Assembly: GCA_043228905.1 (NCBI GenBank)
Contig: JBHGNT010000001.1
Location: forward strand, 24,614,001-24,678,000
DNA: 64,000 nucleotides
Source: Azolla caroliniana
Lineage: Eukaryota > Plantae > Polypodiophyta
Direction: 5' to 3'
Made by a program: the position numbers and the translations under genes. The notes under the pieces were generated by a model, which had not been told where the DNA came from, did not search any database, and was given only the letters and a program-made list of their open reading frames with translations. Below, piece by piece: positions 49,345 through 62,015 of the stretch (position 1 is its first letter; each line of letters opens with the position of its first letter).

Positions 49345-51743
49345 CAACAAGTGATAGAGTGGATCCGCAATGTGTGCATAGTGCAGAATCCATATGTGAT
49401 AAAATGCACATGCTCCTAGAAATCTACGGACTTCGGATTGTGACTCGCATATTTCTTACATAGCTTGAATCGCATCGATCTTGATTGGTGACGGTCTTTG
49501 GCCGTAGGGCCTACATAGATGTCCGACTACCAATATCTCTTCTTGTCCAAATGCCGATTTCTCTCCAGAGAGTGTTAGGTGCACATCTTCTAACTTCCGT
49601 AGCACTTTCTCGCAGTCGCGAATATGGACAACTACGAACTTTCGGCATCCTCGATCATCCATAGTCTCATCTTTTTCTTCCACCGCACATACTTTCATCG
49701 GAATGTCATCGAGGAATGACATTGTTATCTTCGGAATGCAGTCTCGGAGCACCTTGCTCATTGCATTCATCATATGTGCGACCAAGTTTGTCGCTCCTTG
49801 TGGTAGCGTGCACATCCGGACTAAGCCTATCGGTGTTCGCATTGTAGTGATATCTCGGCTCTCCATGGCTAGTTGGAATTGGTCATACTCGGAGTATAGG
49901 TCTCCGATGGAGTATATCGCGCATCCGGCAAATGGTTCTGCAAATTTGTCCACCATCGGACCAACTCCAGAGTTCCGGATCGTGACCTTGTTCACCGGTT
50001 GTAAATCTTGAATGAATATGAGTGACCCATTCTTCTTAGGAACTGTAAACCATCGATTTAAGTACAGATCATTTGATGGCCCTAGAATCCCCATCACCAC
50101 CTTCTCCTTGAGCAAGTCAATGATTTTCGGAACACCCGTGGCACCGGAATCAGCTTCAAGTTCCACGGCAAATGATCGATTGAGAAGATCACCATCGGTT
50201 CTACTATCTTCGGATCAACGCACCCTATCTCTCTTGATGTGAATGTGAATGCTTTTCCGTGTTGCTCTGCATCTCACGAAATCTTTCTTCTTCGTTCTAT
50301 AAGAGGAACCCACCTCCACCGATCCAAAGTTTCTCCTGAGTCTCATTCGTGAAGGCATGTCCGATATCCACGAACTTCCGAAGTGTTGGATCTCTCGAGA
50401 CTTCTTTCCTCTTTTGTTCACTATTGGCGAGTAGTGGTCCCGCTATTGACCGATTCCACCGGGACTACCTAATCTCCCTGGCTATTCTCTTCCGCAAGCT
50501 CTTCAAGACGTTGTAGCGTGCTCCCATAGAACACTTCTTTGACTACTCCCACGATTTCTTCGTCTTCTTTTATGATTGATGTAGACCGTAACTCATCTTG
50601 CACCTTTCAGAATTCTTTCTTCATTACTCTGGTTACAACTATGTATGTAGATGCCCCATTTAGACCGATTCGTACTTGTTTTGCTCCGAGAGTTTTCTTC
50701 CTGTGTAGGGTATCATGGCTTCTCGGACTATCACTTCCCCACTCCACAACAGTCCACTTTAAAAATCCATTTTTTTTTGGGACAAGAGCTCTCTCTTGTT
50801 CCTTTCGTGATTCAATGGCACAGTTAGGAATTGGACGGTTTTCCCTCCGGTTTGGCTCCGAATTCGTGAAAAAGCCACTCCATTATCGAGCACCTTTGTC
50901 TCCATCCGTGAAGCCATGATAAAGGGTTGCCCGAGGATCGCGGAATGTGAGACCTCATCTTGAACGAAGAAATTTTGGTCAATCTCCACATCTCTGATCT
51001 TCACCGTCACATCAGACAAGCCGCAAATAGATCTTCTGTGGCTTCCCAAATCTTCCATCCATGATTGGTGTTTATAGGCCACTTCCCCTTCCGGTATAAC
51101 TCCTTGGACATCAAATTAATCTCTAACCCGTGATTAATCAATGTTAGTACGGGCTCTTTGATGTTTCCGATTCGGACCAGAGTCTCTGTAGTTGCATGTG
51201 CCCAGTGTGGCCTTGTGTACTGGGAGTTCGGAATTTCATCCCCCACTTTAGTGTCATTCATTAGAATGGTATTCGCATTCACCCTTGGAGCATTTTCCTC
51301 CATAGTTTGTCTCTTTCTTTTTACAAGATCCACAAGAAGATCGTGAAACTCCTTCTTCGCTATTCCGAGTAATTCCCAAAGAGAAAATTCCACCCAATTA
51401 TCAAGGATTCTCTCTTCAAACACCTTCTTTAGGTCCGTCCATTGTTCGATGTCCAAAGCGAGTTTGAATGCCGGAATTGTTTTTCCTTTTCCCTTCCCTT
51501 CGGAGTTCCATCTCTCCGGTGTCTTGGATGTCCCGACCGCATCATCCGTGCGCCGTCGTTTCTCATCTACATACACCTCATGCAATTGACATAACGCATG
51601 TATGCTATTCTTATCTACGGGGCACTCCCATCCCGTAGCTTCCCGGAGGCCCTCCGCAGTGCTCCGGATTTCATCAAAGTCGGCTTCCCCGAGATTTCTC
51701 GGCACTTCCGGCCAAAAAGATGCCTTATGACTCCCCCACACGT

Positions 51744-52202
51744 TGTCATGATATGACAAGACTCGAACCCATAACCTTATGTTATATGGGTCAAGCTCTT
51801 GACCATTACACTATCTATTGTAATACATAAGATATTATTTTCATTTAAGTTTTACTATAGAAAATTAATGTATATTCCAGATTTCTCTAGAACATTCTAG
51901 AAGCTTTAGGACTACTCCTAAGAACACTATAAAAGGAGACACAAGGCATTATTTCTAACCAAATTAGTTCAACGCTAGTCTTAAGCCTCATAGCTATTTT
52001 GTATTTACTCTTCACATAATATACCATATGTTATCATCATCCTCTGTCTCTGTCTCTGTCTCTCTCGCCCTCGCTATCCCTCTCTCTCGTTCCTTTTCTC
52101 TCTTCCTCTCTCGCGAGTCTTACACAATCAGTCCTCTTAGTACTAATAGTACTTCCCTTCTCTAGTACTGATTCTCTCTCTGTTTTAGTACTATTCCTGA
52201 CA
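51744..52202 (+). repeat. 5' LTR of chromovirus F
   Basis: TG...CA, 459 bp; diverged direct repeat of 58013-58457. Confidence 0.92.
51750..51815 (-). ncRNA. tRNA-like Pol III A-box/B-box module in the 5' LTR of element F
   Basis: Minus strand TAGTGTAATGGT...AAGGTTATGGGTTCGAGTC with tRNA spacing; no intact cloverleaf. Confidence 0.6.
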
Positions 52203-52216
52203 GTTTGAACCAAATT
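52203..52216 (+). promoter_or_regulatory. Putative self-priming PBS of element F
   Basis: GTTTGAACCAAATT lacks the TGG of a tRNA PBS and is complementary to TTGGTTCAA, about 30 nt after the LTR TATA box (58226-58234). Confidence 0.7.
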
Positions 52217-53717
52217 TCCTCCCTCTAGTCTTCTTTTCGGTTTCCCTCATCCTCTTACCCCTTTTTCCAATACTATGGCTACTGTTAGCGTCGAAGAATA
52301 TCAATCTGTTTTTTCCGAGCTTTAGTGTCTAAAAGAAAAATTTGTTGCATTGGAACAAGAAAACCAATGATTGTTAGGGGATCTTCAACAAATCTCTTTA
52401 GAAAAACATCAAACGCAACAACAACATGGGGAGTTAGCGTTACATGTGCAACAACTTGAAGCAACCATCGTAGCGTTGCAACAACAGGGATCAAGTCCCC
52501 AATGATTTCATAAAGAGCCCAAGATTGGACTTCCTGTGAAATTCGATGGAACACGATCACAATTCAGAGGATTCCTTAATCAGGTACGTTTAGTCATTCA
52601 GATGCATCCTTCCCGATACCCCAATGATGTATCCCAAGTAGGCTTAATAGGCATGTTGCTCAGTGGCTCAACCTTGGCATGGTTCGCTCCGCTTTTAGAA
52701 AAACAATCTCCCTTGCTTAATAACTTTGAAGACTTTATTAGCGAGTTTAAAGCTTGCTTTGGAGATATCGACAACATCAGGATGGCGATCAACAAGGTCC
52801 GACGATTGCATCAAGGCGATCGTCCAGCCTTTGCCTATGCGGCAAATTTCCATCTACTCGCCTCAGATATCCCCTGGGATGATCAAGCACTAATGGAGCA
52901 GTTTCGCTACGGCTTGCGAAACGACGCCAAAGATTTACTTTTAACCTTCCCTGAAGAACCAAAATCTCTCATAGAGGGAACCGCCTTTTTGAATGATGTT
53001 CGGAACGACAATTACAAATACCACGGACTAGGCCAGAGCCCACATACACCTCAGTCGCAACTAAACCGTTTGCACGAGATGTATCTTAGGCAAATACTCT
53101 GACACCGATGGAAATCGACACCATGCGTCGACGTGGCCCGTTATCGGAAGAAGAAAAGGAACGACGACGTGCAAATCGATTATGTCTTTATTGCGGTGGA
53201 CCAGGGCATATCGCAATCAACTGTCCCCATAGGCCAAGAAGACAGGTAAATCAAATCGTAGCTTGTACTAAACGTGAGTCAATTCCCTTAGGAGTGTCTG
53301 ATAGTATTAATAGTACTGATAGCCCAAGTATCCCAAACAAATTTGAAATCCTTAGTCAATTAGAGGAAGAGTTAAACGACTAAGTCCAGCCAAAATAGGA
53401 GCCATTTGGTTGGACAACCCTAGATCTGTGCAACCCATTAGTGGTTCCATTCCCTCTAAGAAAGTTAGCAATTTGTTCTTAGCCCAAGTCATGGTTAGTA
53501 CTAAAAGTACCCCTCCAGTACATGTCTTAGCACTTTTAGATTCCGGAGCCAATTACTGTTTCATGGATTGGAATTTTGCCCAAGCTTCTCAAATATCCTT
53601 AAGAAAACTTCCTTGCCCCGCATCTGTAGTAGTGTAATAGACACGATGAAATGTAGAATTTTGCCCAAGCTTCTCAAATATCCTTAAGAAAACTTCCTTG
53701 CCCCGCATTTGTAGTAG

Positions 53718-54176
53718 TGTAATAGACACGATGGAATGTAGGGGGTTGAACCCATGACCTCTTGGTCTTATTGGGCAACCTTACCAATTGAGCTACATTC
53801 CATCTATGCATTATTATATTGTATAAGTTTCAACTTATTACATTGTAAGTTAATCACTAGAACTTTCAAGAAACTTCTAGAGAATGCATAGACATGCACT
53901 CTCTAGAAGTTTCCATGCATTCTCTAGACCTTTCCTAGCTTACATGCATACCACCACATTCTTGTATAAATACTTCGATGCACCTTGATTACAATCAAGG
54001 TGAACAACACTAGTTACGGAAGCATAATTTAGTTCTCGCTCTTTTGTCTACCATCTTTCTCTCTCTCTCTCTCTTGTTCTCTTGTCTATGCTCCTCTCTA
54101 TCTATATATCTATCTTTCTCTCTTTCTTAATATTGAGCTCGTCTACTTGCCCTTGCCCTCGTCTACGTTCGTGACA
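53718..54176 (+). mobile_element. Solo LTR G inserted in the protease region of element F
   Basis: TGTAATAG...GTGACA, 459 bp, TSD AGTAG (53713-53717 / 54177-54181), TATAAAT followed by a CT-rich tract. Confidence 0.9.
53730..53804 (-). ncRNA. tRNA-like module in solo LTR G
   Basis: Minus strand TGGAATG TAGCTCAATTGGTAAGG...GAGGTC ATGGG TTCAACC CCCTA CATTCCA: perfect 7-bp acceptor-like stem, D-loop A box and T-loop B box; anticodon arm degenerate. Confidence 0.75.
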
Positions 54177-55765
54177 AGTAGTCATTGATGGTCGTCCCAT
54201 TGCTTCTGGGAATATCGTAGAAGAGTTAGAACCCATTCAAGTTGTCCTAGATAGCTTTGTGTGTGTGGTATCATTTAATATAATTAGTAGTCTAGAGCAT
54301 CCCATTGTCCTGGGATTACCTTGGTTTGAATTGTATAATCCAGACATAGATTGGAGAACAAGAGAAGTCCGGTATCGACAACCCCGAGAATCTACTCATC
54401 CAGTTTCAACCATTTCGCTCCATCAATTATGCGAAGAAGGACGCAAAGAGTCAATGTTTCTATTTGCAATATCAGTACATCCTTCCAGCACTATTAAGGA
54501 ACCCTTAGTTCAACTTCCCGCGAAATATCATCCTTATCCCGATGTATTTGACAAGGTAAAAGCCGGTACTCTTCCTCATCATCGACCCTATGATTGTCCC
54601 ATCGATTTACAGCCAAGAAAAGAGCCACCATGGGAACCGATTTACAACTTGTCACCAACCGAGTTGGAAGTCCTTCGAGCCTACACAGACGGGAATTTGG
54701 CAAGCGGTTTTATTCGTCATTCGAAATCTCCGGCCGGTGCACCCATTTTCTTTGTCAAGAAGATAGATGGATCCCTTCATCTTGTCATTGATTACTGCGG
54801 CTTGAATAAGGTCACCATCAGGAATAGGTATGGACTTCCCCTTATATCAAGTCTTTTAGAATGTGTAAATGGTGCCAAGTTTTTTACAAAAATCGACTTA
54901 CGAGGAACATATAACCTCTTGCGGATCCGATCGAGAGACGAATGGAAGATTTCTTTTCGCACCCGATATGGGCACTTCGAGTATACCGTTATGTCGTTTG
55001 GTCTAACCAATGCGCCCGCAGTGTTCCAGCACATGGCAAATGATATATTCAAAGACCTCTTGGTTATCTTTTTGATCATCTATCTAGATGATCTATCGAT
55101 TTATTCGAAGACCTAGGAAGAGCATGATTCTCATGTACTATTAGTACTAAAACGACTCTGAGAGCATGGTCTTTATGCCAAACTAGAAAAATGTAGCTTT
55201 GACTGCAAGCAAGTGGAATTTCTAGGCTACGTCATCTCCTCAAAAGGCATCTCCATGGATCCAGCTAAAGTCAAAATTGTGCTAGAGTGGCAAACTCCAC
55301 GTTCGTTACGAGATGTGCAATGTTTCCTAGGCTTCGCTAACTTCTTCTACAAGTTTATACAAGATTACTGAAAGATTATTTTGCCTCTCACACAGCTTAC
55401 CAAGAAGGGACAATCATTTCTTTGGTCCAATGAAGCGAACATGACTTTTATGCATCTTAAGAAAGCCTTTACATTAGCTCCTATTCTAGCTCATGTGAAT
55501 ACAAGCAAACCATTCATCATGGAGGCTGACGCATCGGATTTCGCCCTCGGTAGCAACCTTTCACAACAAGGAGATAAAGAAGAGTTACATCCTATGGCTT
55601 TCCACTCACACAAATTTGATGCCGCGGAAATCAACTATGAGATACATGACAAGGAGTTATTAGCCATCGTGGATTCGTTTGTGCAATGGTGGCACTTCTT
55701 AGAGGGCTCTCCTCATCAGGTCATCGTCTTCAGTGATCACAAAAATCTTCCTTATTTCTAAAACA

Positions 55766-56034
55766 TGACAGGAACTCAACGCTCCTTATGCACAACGCTC
55801 GGCCACAACCGAGCTTAGAATGATACACAAAGAATGGGAAATAAACACGACAAGAAGAAGAAGAGAATACACAGGAGGTTTACGTGGAAAACCCCAAACT
55901 AGGGGAAAAACCACGGTAGCCCACAGGCTGCAAACTGTCACTATGTAGGAATATACAACAGTGAGTTCATTGAGGCACCGACCTCGTGCTCACGTATCTT
56001 CGCCACAGGCGGCGGTTACAACAGAGGCAACGAC

Positions 56035-56074
<40 letters not shown>

Positions 56075-56356
56075 AGTTACGCACACTAATCTCGTGCAAA
56101 ACAGAAAAATGACAACAGCAGCTAAAAGTTTGCCCTAGGTCATATTTATACTAATATGACTTTTCGGCTATTTACAAATATAGCCTTGATGGGCTCTCAG
56201 AAACATATTTACGAATATGTCTCTTCATCCGGTTCATACCGGGTCTGCACCATCCGGCTCTCCGTAGCCGGGTACTCCTCATCTGGTTCACACCGGGTCT
56301 GCACCATCCGACTCTGTTCTTCTCCCTTCCCATCCGGAGGGACCTGTCTCCTAACA
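55766..56356 (-). mobile_element. Solo LTR H inserted in the RNase H region of element F
   Basis: TG...CA, 591 bp, TSD AAACA/AAACG. Removal restores [18 protein letters not shown]. Contains a (CT)n tract and a 54-bp internal duplication. Confidence 0.87.
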
Positions 56357-57790
56357 AAACGCTCGCGTACTAAATCGACAGCAAGCTCGGTGGACCCAAT
56401 TCCTCAAGCGTTTTGACTTCAGAATCACATATCGGTCGGGGAAGCAACAAGGAAAAGCAAATGCACTATCGCGACGCTTATCTTGCACCTCGTCCTGGTG
56501 ATCCAACATTTGATGATCAAAAGTAGGTAATCTTGGGACCAACACGTTTGCACACAACGCAGATTTTTCACACTCCACTGGATTCCCGGATTATCGATGC
56601 CATACGTGCCAATTTGAAGACGGACAGTTTTGCTCAAGCCATTCTAGTGCAAATTGATGCCTCTCAGGCATCCTGTTCCTAGTCTCAACAACCAAGTATG
56701 GACTACTGACAATTCAAATATCATGATGGTTTATTATTCTTCATAAAGCTCGTGTATGTTCCCGATTGCTCCTGTCACCTTCAAATCGTCCAAAATTGTC
56801 ACGACACCCATACAGCTGGACATTTCGGTAGTACTAAGATGTTGGATCTAGTCCGACGATCTTTTTGGTGGCCCCATATGCGACATTTTGTCAACGACTA
56901 CGTTCAGACTTGTGATGCTTGTTGCTGAGCAAAGATGCCACGACATCATCCATATGACTTCGATGCTATCTTAACCGTTGTTGACCGATATACTAAGCTG
57001 GCACATTTTGTGCCTTGTACTAAGGCCATCACTAGTGAGGAAACCGCCGCCCTTGTCATGCGTGAGGTTTTTCGGCATCGTGGCCTCCTAGACAGTATCA
57101 TCAGTGACCGAGGACCCCAATTTGTCTCCAAATTTTGGAAGCATCTCTTCAAGATGCTCAAGGTCTCTTGCAACCTCTCCTCCGGCTATCATCCCCAAAC
57201 TGATGGGCAAGCGGAACGAACAAACAAAACGTTGGAACAATATCTTCGGTGTTTTCTGAGTTATCAACAGGATGATTGGGCCAATATTCTCCACTTTGCT
57301 GAGATTGCTTATAATAATGTATTCACTCCTCCACTCGGGTCTCCCCATTTTACGCTTATACCGGTTCTCACCCTTGCTGGTTTGTGATCGACACTCCGGA
57401 GCTACCTACCAATCCTCGTGCCGAGGATCATTTGGAGAGGCTACACAAGATTCAGATGGATGTATCTACTCATCTTCATCATGCTCAACACACACAAAAA
57501 ACTTATGCAGATCGTCATCGGCTTCCCTCCTCTTTTGCCATCGGAGATCGAGTATGGTTCTTACATCGTCACATCAAGACTACTCGACCATGCGACAAAT
57601 TGGATTAATGTGACTCAGTCCTTTCCGTATTACCGGCAAGATTAATGATGTCACGTTCCGCCTTGATCTTCCTCCGCACCTTCAAATACATCCGCTCTTC
57701 CATAGTTCTCTTCTCGAACCTTATCAGGCCAACACGATTCCCAATCGTGTTACACCATCGTCGTCCCCGCTTGAGTTGGACGTCGACCCG

Positions 57791-57961
57791 GAGTATGAAG
57801 TTGTTGCAGTCCTCAACTCCAAGTTTGTTCGCAACAAACTCTATTATTTGGTCGATTGGCTCGGCTATAGTCCGAGCGAATGTACTTGGGAACCTGTCAA
57901 GTATGTCGCCAATGCTCAAGATCTTCTTGCTAATTTCCACCGACAGTATCCGGACAAACCT
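57791..57961 (+). pseudogene. Chromodomain at the end of the element F integrase
   Basis: EYEVVAVLNSKFVRNKLYYLVDWLGYSPSECTWEP...LLANFHRQYPDKP retains the aromatic cage residues. Confidence 0.88.
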
Positions 57962-58012
57962 AGTCCCCAATCAGCGTCGACTCGTAACACTCATTGGTTT
58001 ATGGGGGGATAG

Positions 58013-58457
58013 TGTCATAACATGGCAAAACTCGAACCCATGACCTTATGTTATATGGGTCGAGCTCTTGACCATTACACTATCTATTGTAATACGTAAA
58101 ATATTATTTTCATTTAAGTTTTACTATAAAAAATTATTCTGGATTTCTCTGGAACATTCTAGAAGCTTCAGGACTACACCTGAGAACACTATAAAAGGAG
58201 GCACAAGGCATTATTTTGAACCAAATTGGTTCAATGCCAGTCTTAAGCCTCATAGCTATTTTGTATTTACTCTTCACGTAATATACCATCTGTTATCATC
58301 ATCATCCTCTCTCTCTCTCTCGCCGTCGTTATCCCTCTCTCTCGTTCCTTTTCTCTCTTCCTCTCTCGTGAGTCTTACGCAGTCAGTCCTCTTAGTACTA
58401 ATAGTACCTCCCTTCTCTAGTATTGATTCTCTCTCTATTTTAGTACTATTCCTAACA
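58013..58457 (+). repeat. 3' LTR of chromovirus F (also carries the antisense tRNA-like module at ~58020-58085)
   Basis: Follows the PPT; ends CTAACA, then TSD CACGT. Confidence 0.92.
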
Positions 58458-59482
58458 CACGTATTCCCGCGGTTGTCACGTAATTGCTTTTCGCCGCTAT
58501 CTCCTCCTCTAGGACCTTCTTCATGCCACCTTTTCGGAAGTTCGGTCGGAGTGGCTTCCGAGAGTCCATCGAATGAATTCGATTTCCCTCTTAGTAGATA
58601 AGATCCCGTCGTAGCGCCTCCTTGTGCTCATCGCAATCCTTCCTATCATGTTCAGTGCTATTGCACCATATGCACCGACGGTCCATATACTTGGAACTTG
58701 TGGGACGGTCTTCCGACTTCTTCACCACTGCGATTTTCAGATTCTCCATCTCCTTCAGCAACTGCTCCGTTGTGGTTGCACCGTAGCATCTCCGGCTTGT
58801 AGTCCTGTAAATAACGTGACAAATCCTTCCCGTTGAATTGCCCATTCTGTTGCACAAGCTGCTCTACTGCCACCGCAATCTCCGACATCACGTGTTGTTC
58901 TTGTAGCATCCGCTCAAACATTGTCATCATATTGTTAGTCTCTTGTTGATTTTCCATCTCCTTGCCACCCGTTTTCACGTCGGGTTCACCAAATGTGTCG
59001 TACCTTTCAGCTCTAGATCGTTGCGCGAGTCGGGTGGGAACCGCTGGGGTTTTGGACTAGGAGGTTGGATAATTCAAGGCAAATAAGAATGTGAATAGGT
59101 TGTACGTAAAAGATATAAAAACCTCGTGAATCCCACGGGTATAGTGTATTAATGAACACTTAGATAAGAATATGAATTTAGATATAAAGAACGAGATAAA
59201 AAAACTTGTGAATCCCACAAGTATAGTTTATTAATTCGTGCCCTTCTAAAAAATATTCAAACCCCATATTTATCTCTCTCTCTTCCTTATATAGTGATGG
59301 AAGAGTCTAAGTTTATCACATGCAAGCATCATGCCTTTTCTAACTTTAGTTTTCATGCACACTACATGTGCATGATTAGCTTTCTATCATATCTTTTCAT
59401 TTAACTCGAGTGTGTATGCATGAATAACTTTTTCTATCATGCTTATCTATGGGATAAAGTTTAGTATAATTTTAAAACTCAT

Positions 59483-59553
59483 AATATGCTAGTACAATGG
59501 TAAGACTTAAAATCGTTAACATGGAGGTATAGGGTTCAAATCCTGCCCTATGC
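59483..59553 (+). ncRNA. tRNA-like A-box/B-box module in the presumed U3 of the Gypsy E 5' LTR
   Basis: TAGTACAATGGTAAG...GGAGGTATAGGGTTCAAATCC with near-tRNA spacing; antisense to the element. Confidence 0.6.
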
Positions 59554-59620
59554 ATGTAGCATAATTATTGTAGTATTTTCTCTTATTTCTTTATGCTTAG
59601 TCAATGCTTATTGTAATATA

Positions 59621-61708
59621 TTGGGCTGAGGCGATGTACATAGTTGTTTATCTAATCAACAGGTCCCCTTAGTACCATTGAAAGGTGATGTCCCACAAAG
59701 GGTGTGGACAGGAAAGGATGTCTCCTACTGACATCGGAGGGTGTTCGGATGCCTAGGGTATATGCATGTAGCTAAGGATCAGAGGTCGAAACCAGGCATA
59801 TTCATGGGATACTCGGAAGATGAGTTTGGCTATAGGCTATGGGACCTAGTCGCCAAGAAGGTAGTGAGGAGTCGGGACGTAGTCTTCTTGGAAGACAATA
59901 CCATAGAGGACTGGAGGACTTGAAGTCGGAGAGGACGTAAGCTACTCAAATGAGCAAAAGGGGTATAAGTTTTATAACCTCTAAACAAAACAAGTTCGAG
60001 TGAGCCAATATGTCGACTTTGAGGAGCCAGCATTATGGTACTCTCTACCGACTCCTACCCGATTCCGGAAGATGAGGCCAGTGAGCCTTAAACAAACTGG
60101 ACAGAAGCAGAAGAAGACTTCGGTAGTCTAAAAGAGAGTTTGATCTCATTCCGGCTGAGCGGGCCGAATGAGCGATTGAGTCAGAATGACCAATCAGACG
60201 ATGAGTCGACGAGTAGTGGAGACTACGCGCAAAGAGAAGGGGAAGAAAAAGATGTTGGAATACGACACCGGCAGAGACGAGTCAGATCGGAGCGAATCCA
60301 ACTACGGAAAGAATGAAGATGGACCTTTGGGAATGAAGTCTGAGTCGGCCAAGAGGGCCTTGAAATCGGATAATGAGAAATTACGCCGATCGACCCACCA
60401 AAAGAACCTTGTAAAGAGGTACGGATATAATGAGTACATGGCGCATCACTATGCATACATGAAAAAAGTGGCAGAAGTGCATGAGCCAGAGAACTACGTA
60501 GAAGCAGCAAAGCAGCAAAGTGGCGCAATGGAGGAAGAAATACGGGCACTCGATGCCAACGACACATGGGACTTGGTTGACCCTCCCCGATAGTGTATAT
60601 TGATCAACTGCAAGTGGGTATTCAAGGTCAAGTACAATGCCAATGGTTCGGTCAATCAGTACAAGGCCCATTTAGTGGCCAAAGGATAAGTGCAGACCCA
60701 TGGAATCGACTACGACGAGACCTTCGCTCTAGTAGCGAAGATGACGACGGGTCGTGTGGTACTAGTGGTTGTTGCAGCAAGGGGGTGGCATCTTCACCAA
60801 ATGGACGTGAAGAATGTGTTTCTTAAGGCGATCTTGAAGAACAAGTCTACATGATCCAGCCCCCTGGTTTTCAGTTGGAGATGAAGAAGTCGGCGGTGTG
60901 TCGACTCAAGAAGTCACTTTATGGCTTGAAGCAAGCCCCCCGAGCTTGGAATTCGAAGATCACACACCGGTTGCATCAGATGGGGTTTGAGGTTTCCAAG
61001 TATGACTCATCGTTGATCATCCAGAAAGGTCTGGAAGGTCTGGTATGTATCTTGCTATATGTGGATGATCTAGTCATCACCAGACCCAAACTCATTAAAA
61101 TTGACAGCGTGAAGTCCCAACTGTCGGATGCTTTCGAAATGAAGGACATGGGGGACCTTCATTACTTCTTCGGGATCAAAGTGATCCATACCCCCGATGG
61201 GGATATTTCTATCTCAACAACACTATGTATTGAATATGTTGTACAAGTTTAGCATGACCAATTACCAACCAGTCTCAACACCCCTCGACCGGAACCTGAA
61301 GCTTTGTCCCGACTCTGGACCGACCTGCAAATTGTGGGAAGCCTCATCTATCTAACTGTCACCCGACCTGACATCAGCTATCCGGTCAAGGTGATCTATC
61401 AGTTTATGTAGAAGCCCACCATGGAGCACCTTCCTTGCACGCACCAAATACTGAGCTATGTTAACGGCACTAAGAATCGGGGGCTGTTATACTGACACGG
61501 TATAACCGGAAAGCTAGTCGGATATACAGATGTCGATCGGGTCGGTGATGTGTTTGATCGTCGGTCAACTTCCGAATTTATGTTCGCTCTTGGTAGTGTG
61601 GTTGTTTCGTGGAGCGGCAAAAAGCGGCCACTAGTGGCTCTTTCGAGTACTGAGGCTCAGTATCAGGGCGCATCCGTCACCACATGTGAAGCCATTTGGC
61701 TTTTGCAA
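59621..61708 (+). pseudogene. Decayed Copia pol (integrase end, RT, RNase H), possibly two joined families
   Basis: WAEAMYIVVYLINRSP, VFGCLGYMHV, WDLVDPP, LKKSLYGLKQAPRAW, LYVDD, LSSTEA; many stops. Confidence 0.85.
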
Positions 61709-61944
61709 TGTCGTGAAGATTTTTGGCAACGGTGTGAAAATCATGAGGAATGGACAAAATCGAGAAGGTGCAATATGCACATGTGAAAGGGGTGATGGTC
61801 ACACACGTGCACTAGCATTTTGTAAATAGGAACGAAATGAGATTTGGGAAAGAAAGGGAAAATGTAAGGTTAAACATGTGCACGTGGCTCAAACATTTGT
61901 AAATATAAGACTAAATCCTAGCAATATTTGAGTGCATACAAAGG

Positions 61945-62015
61945 GGTACAAACAAGGTTTGAACCTTGCACCCCCAAGATAAGAGACGAATTGACTTACC
62001 ACTAAACTTACTACT
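61945..62015 (-). ncRNA. tRNA-like A-box/B-box module in LTR J
   Basis: Minus strand TAAGTTTAGTGGTAAG...GGGGGTG CAAGG TTCAAA CCTTG with tRNA-like spacing and a T-arm-like hairpin. Confidence 0.55.

Larger units (their letters stand above)
51744..58457 (+). mobile_element. Decayed chromovirus (Tcn1-like Ty3/Gypsy, element F) with two nested solo LTRs
   Basis: LTRs 51744-52202 and 58013-58457, PPT GGGGGGATAG, TSD CACGT (51739-51743 / 58458-58462). Gag KFDGTRSQFRGF and [14 protein letters not shown], protease LLDSGA, RT YLDD, RNase H DASD, integrase SDRGPQF, C-terminal chromodomain. Confidence 0.93.
46183..59620 (-). mobile_element. Decayed tRNA-Trp-primed Gypsy element (Gypsy E) hosting a chromovirus
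   Basis: LTR copies 58996-~59620 and 46183-~46628; perfect Trp PBS TGGTGAACCCGACGTGA (minus strand, 58975-58991); gag 58978-58463 and 51743-50759; pol 50760-46620 homologous to Gypsy 1. The right boundary is uncertain. Confidence 0.85.

Noticed and set aside
53730-53804. Calling the LTR modules genuine tRNA genes
   Set aside because: Anticodon arms do not pair and T stems are partial, so they are reported only as tRNA-like.
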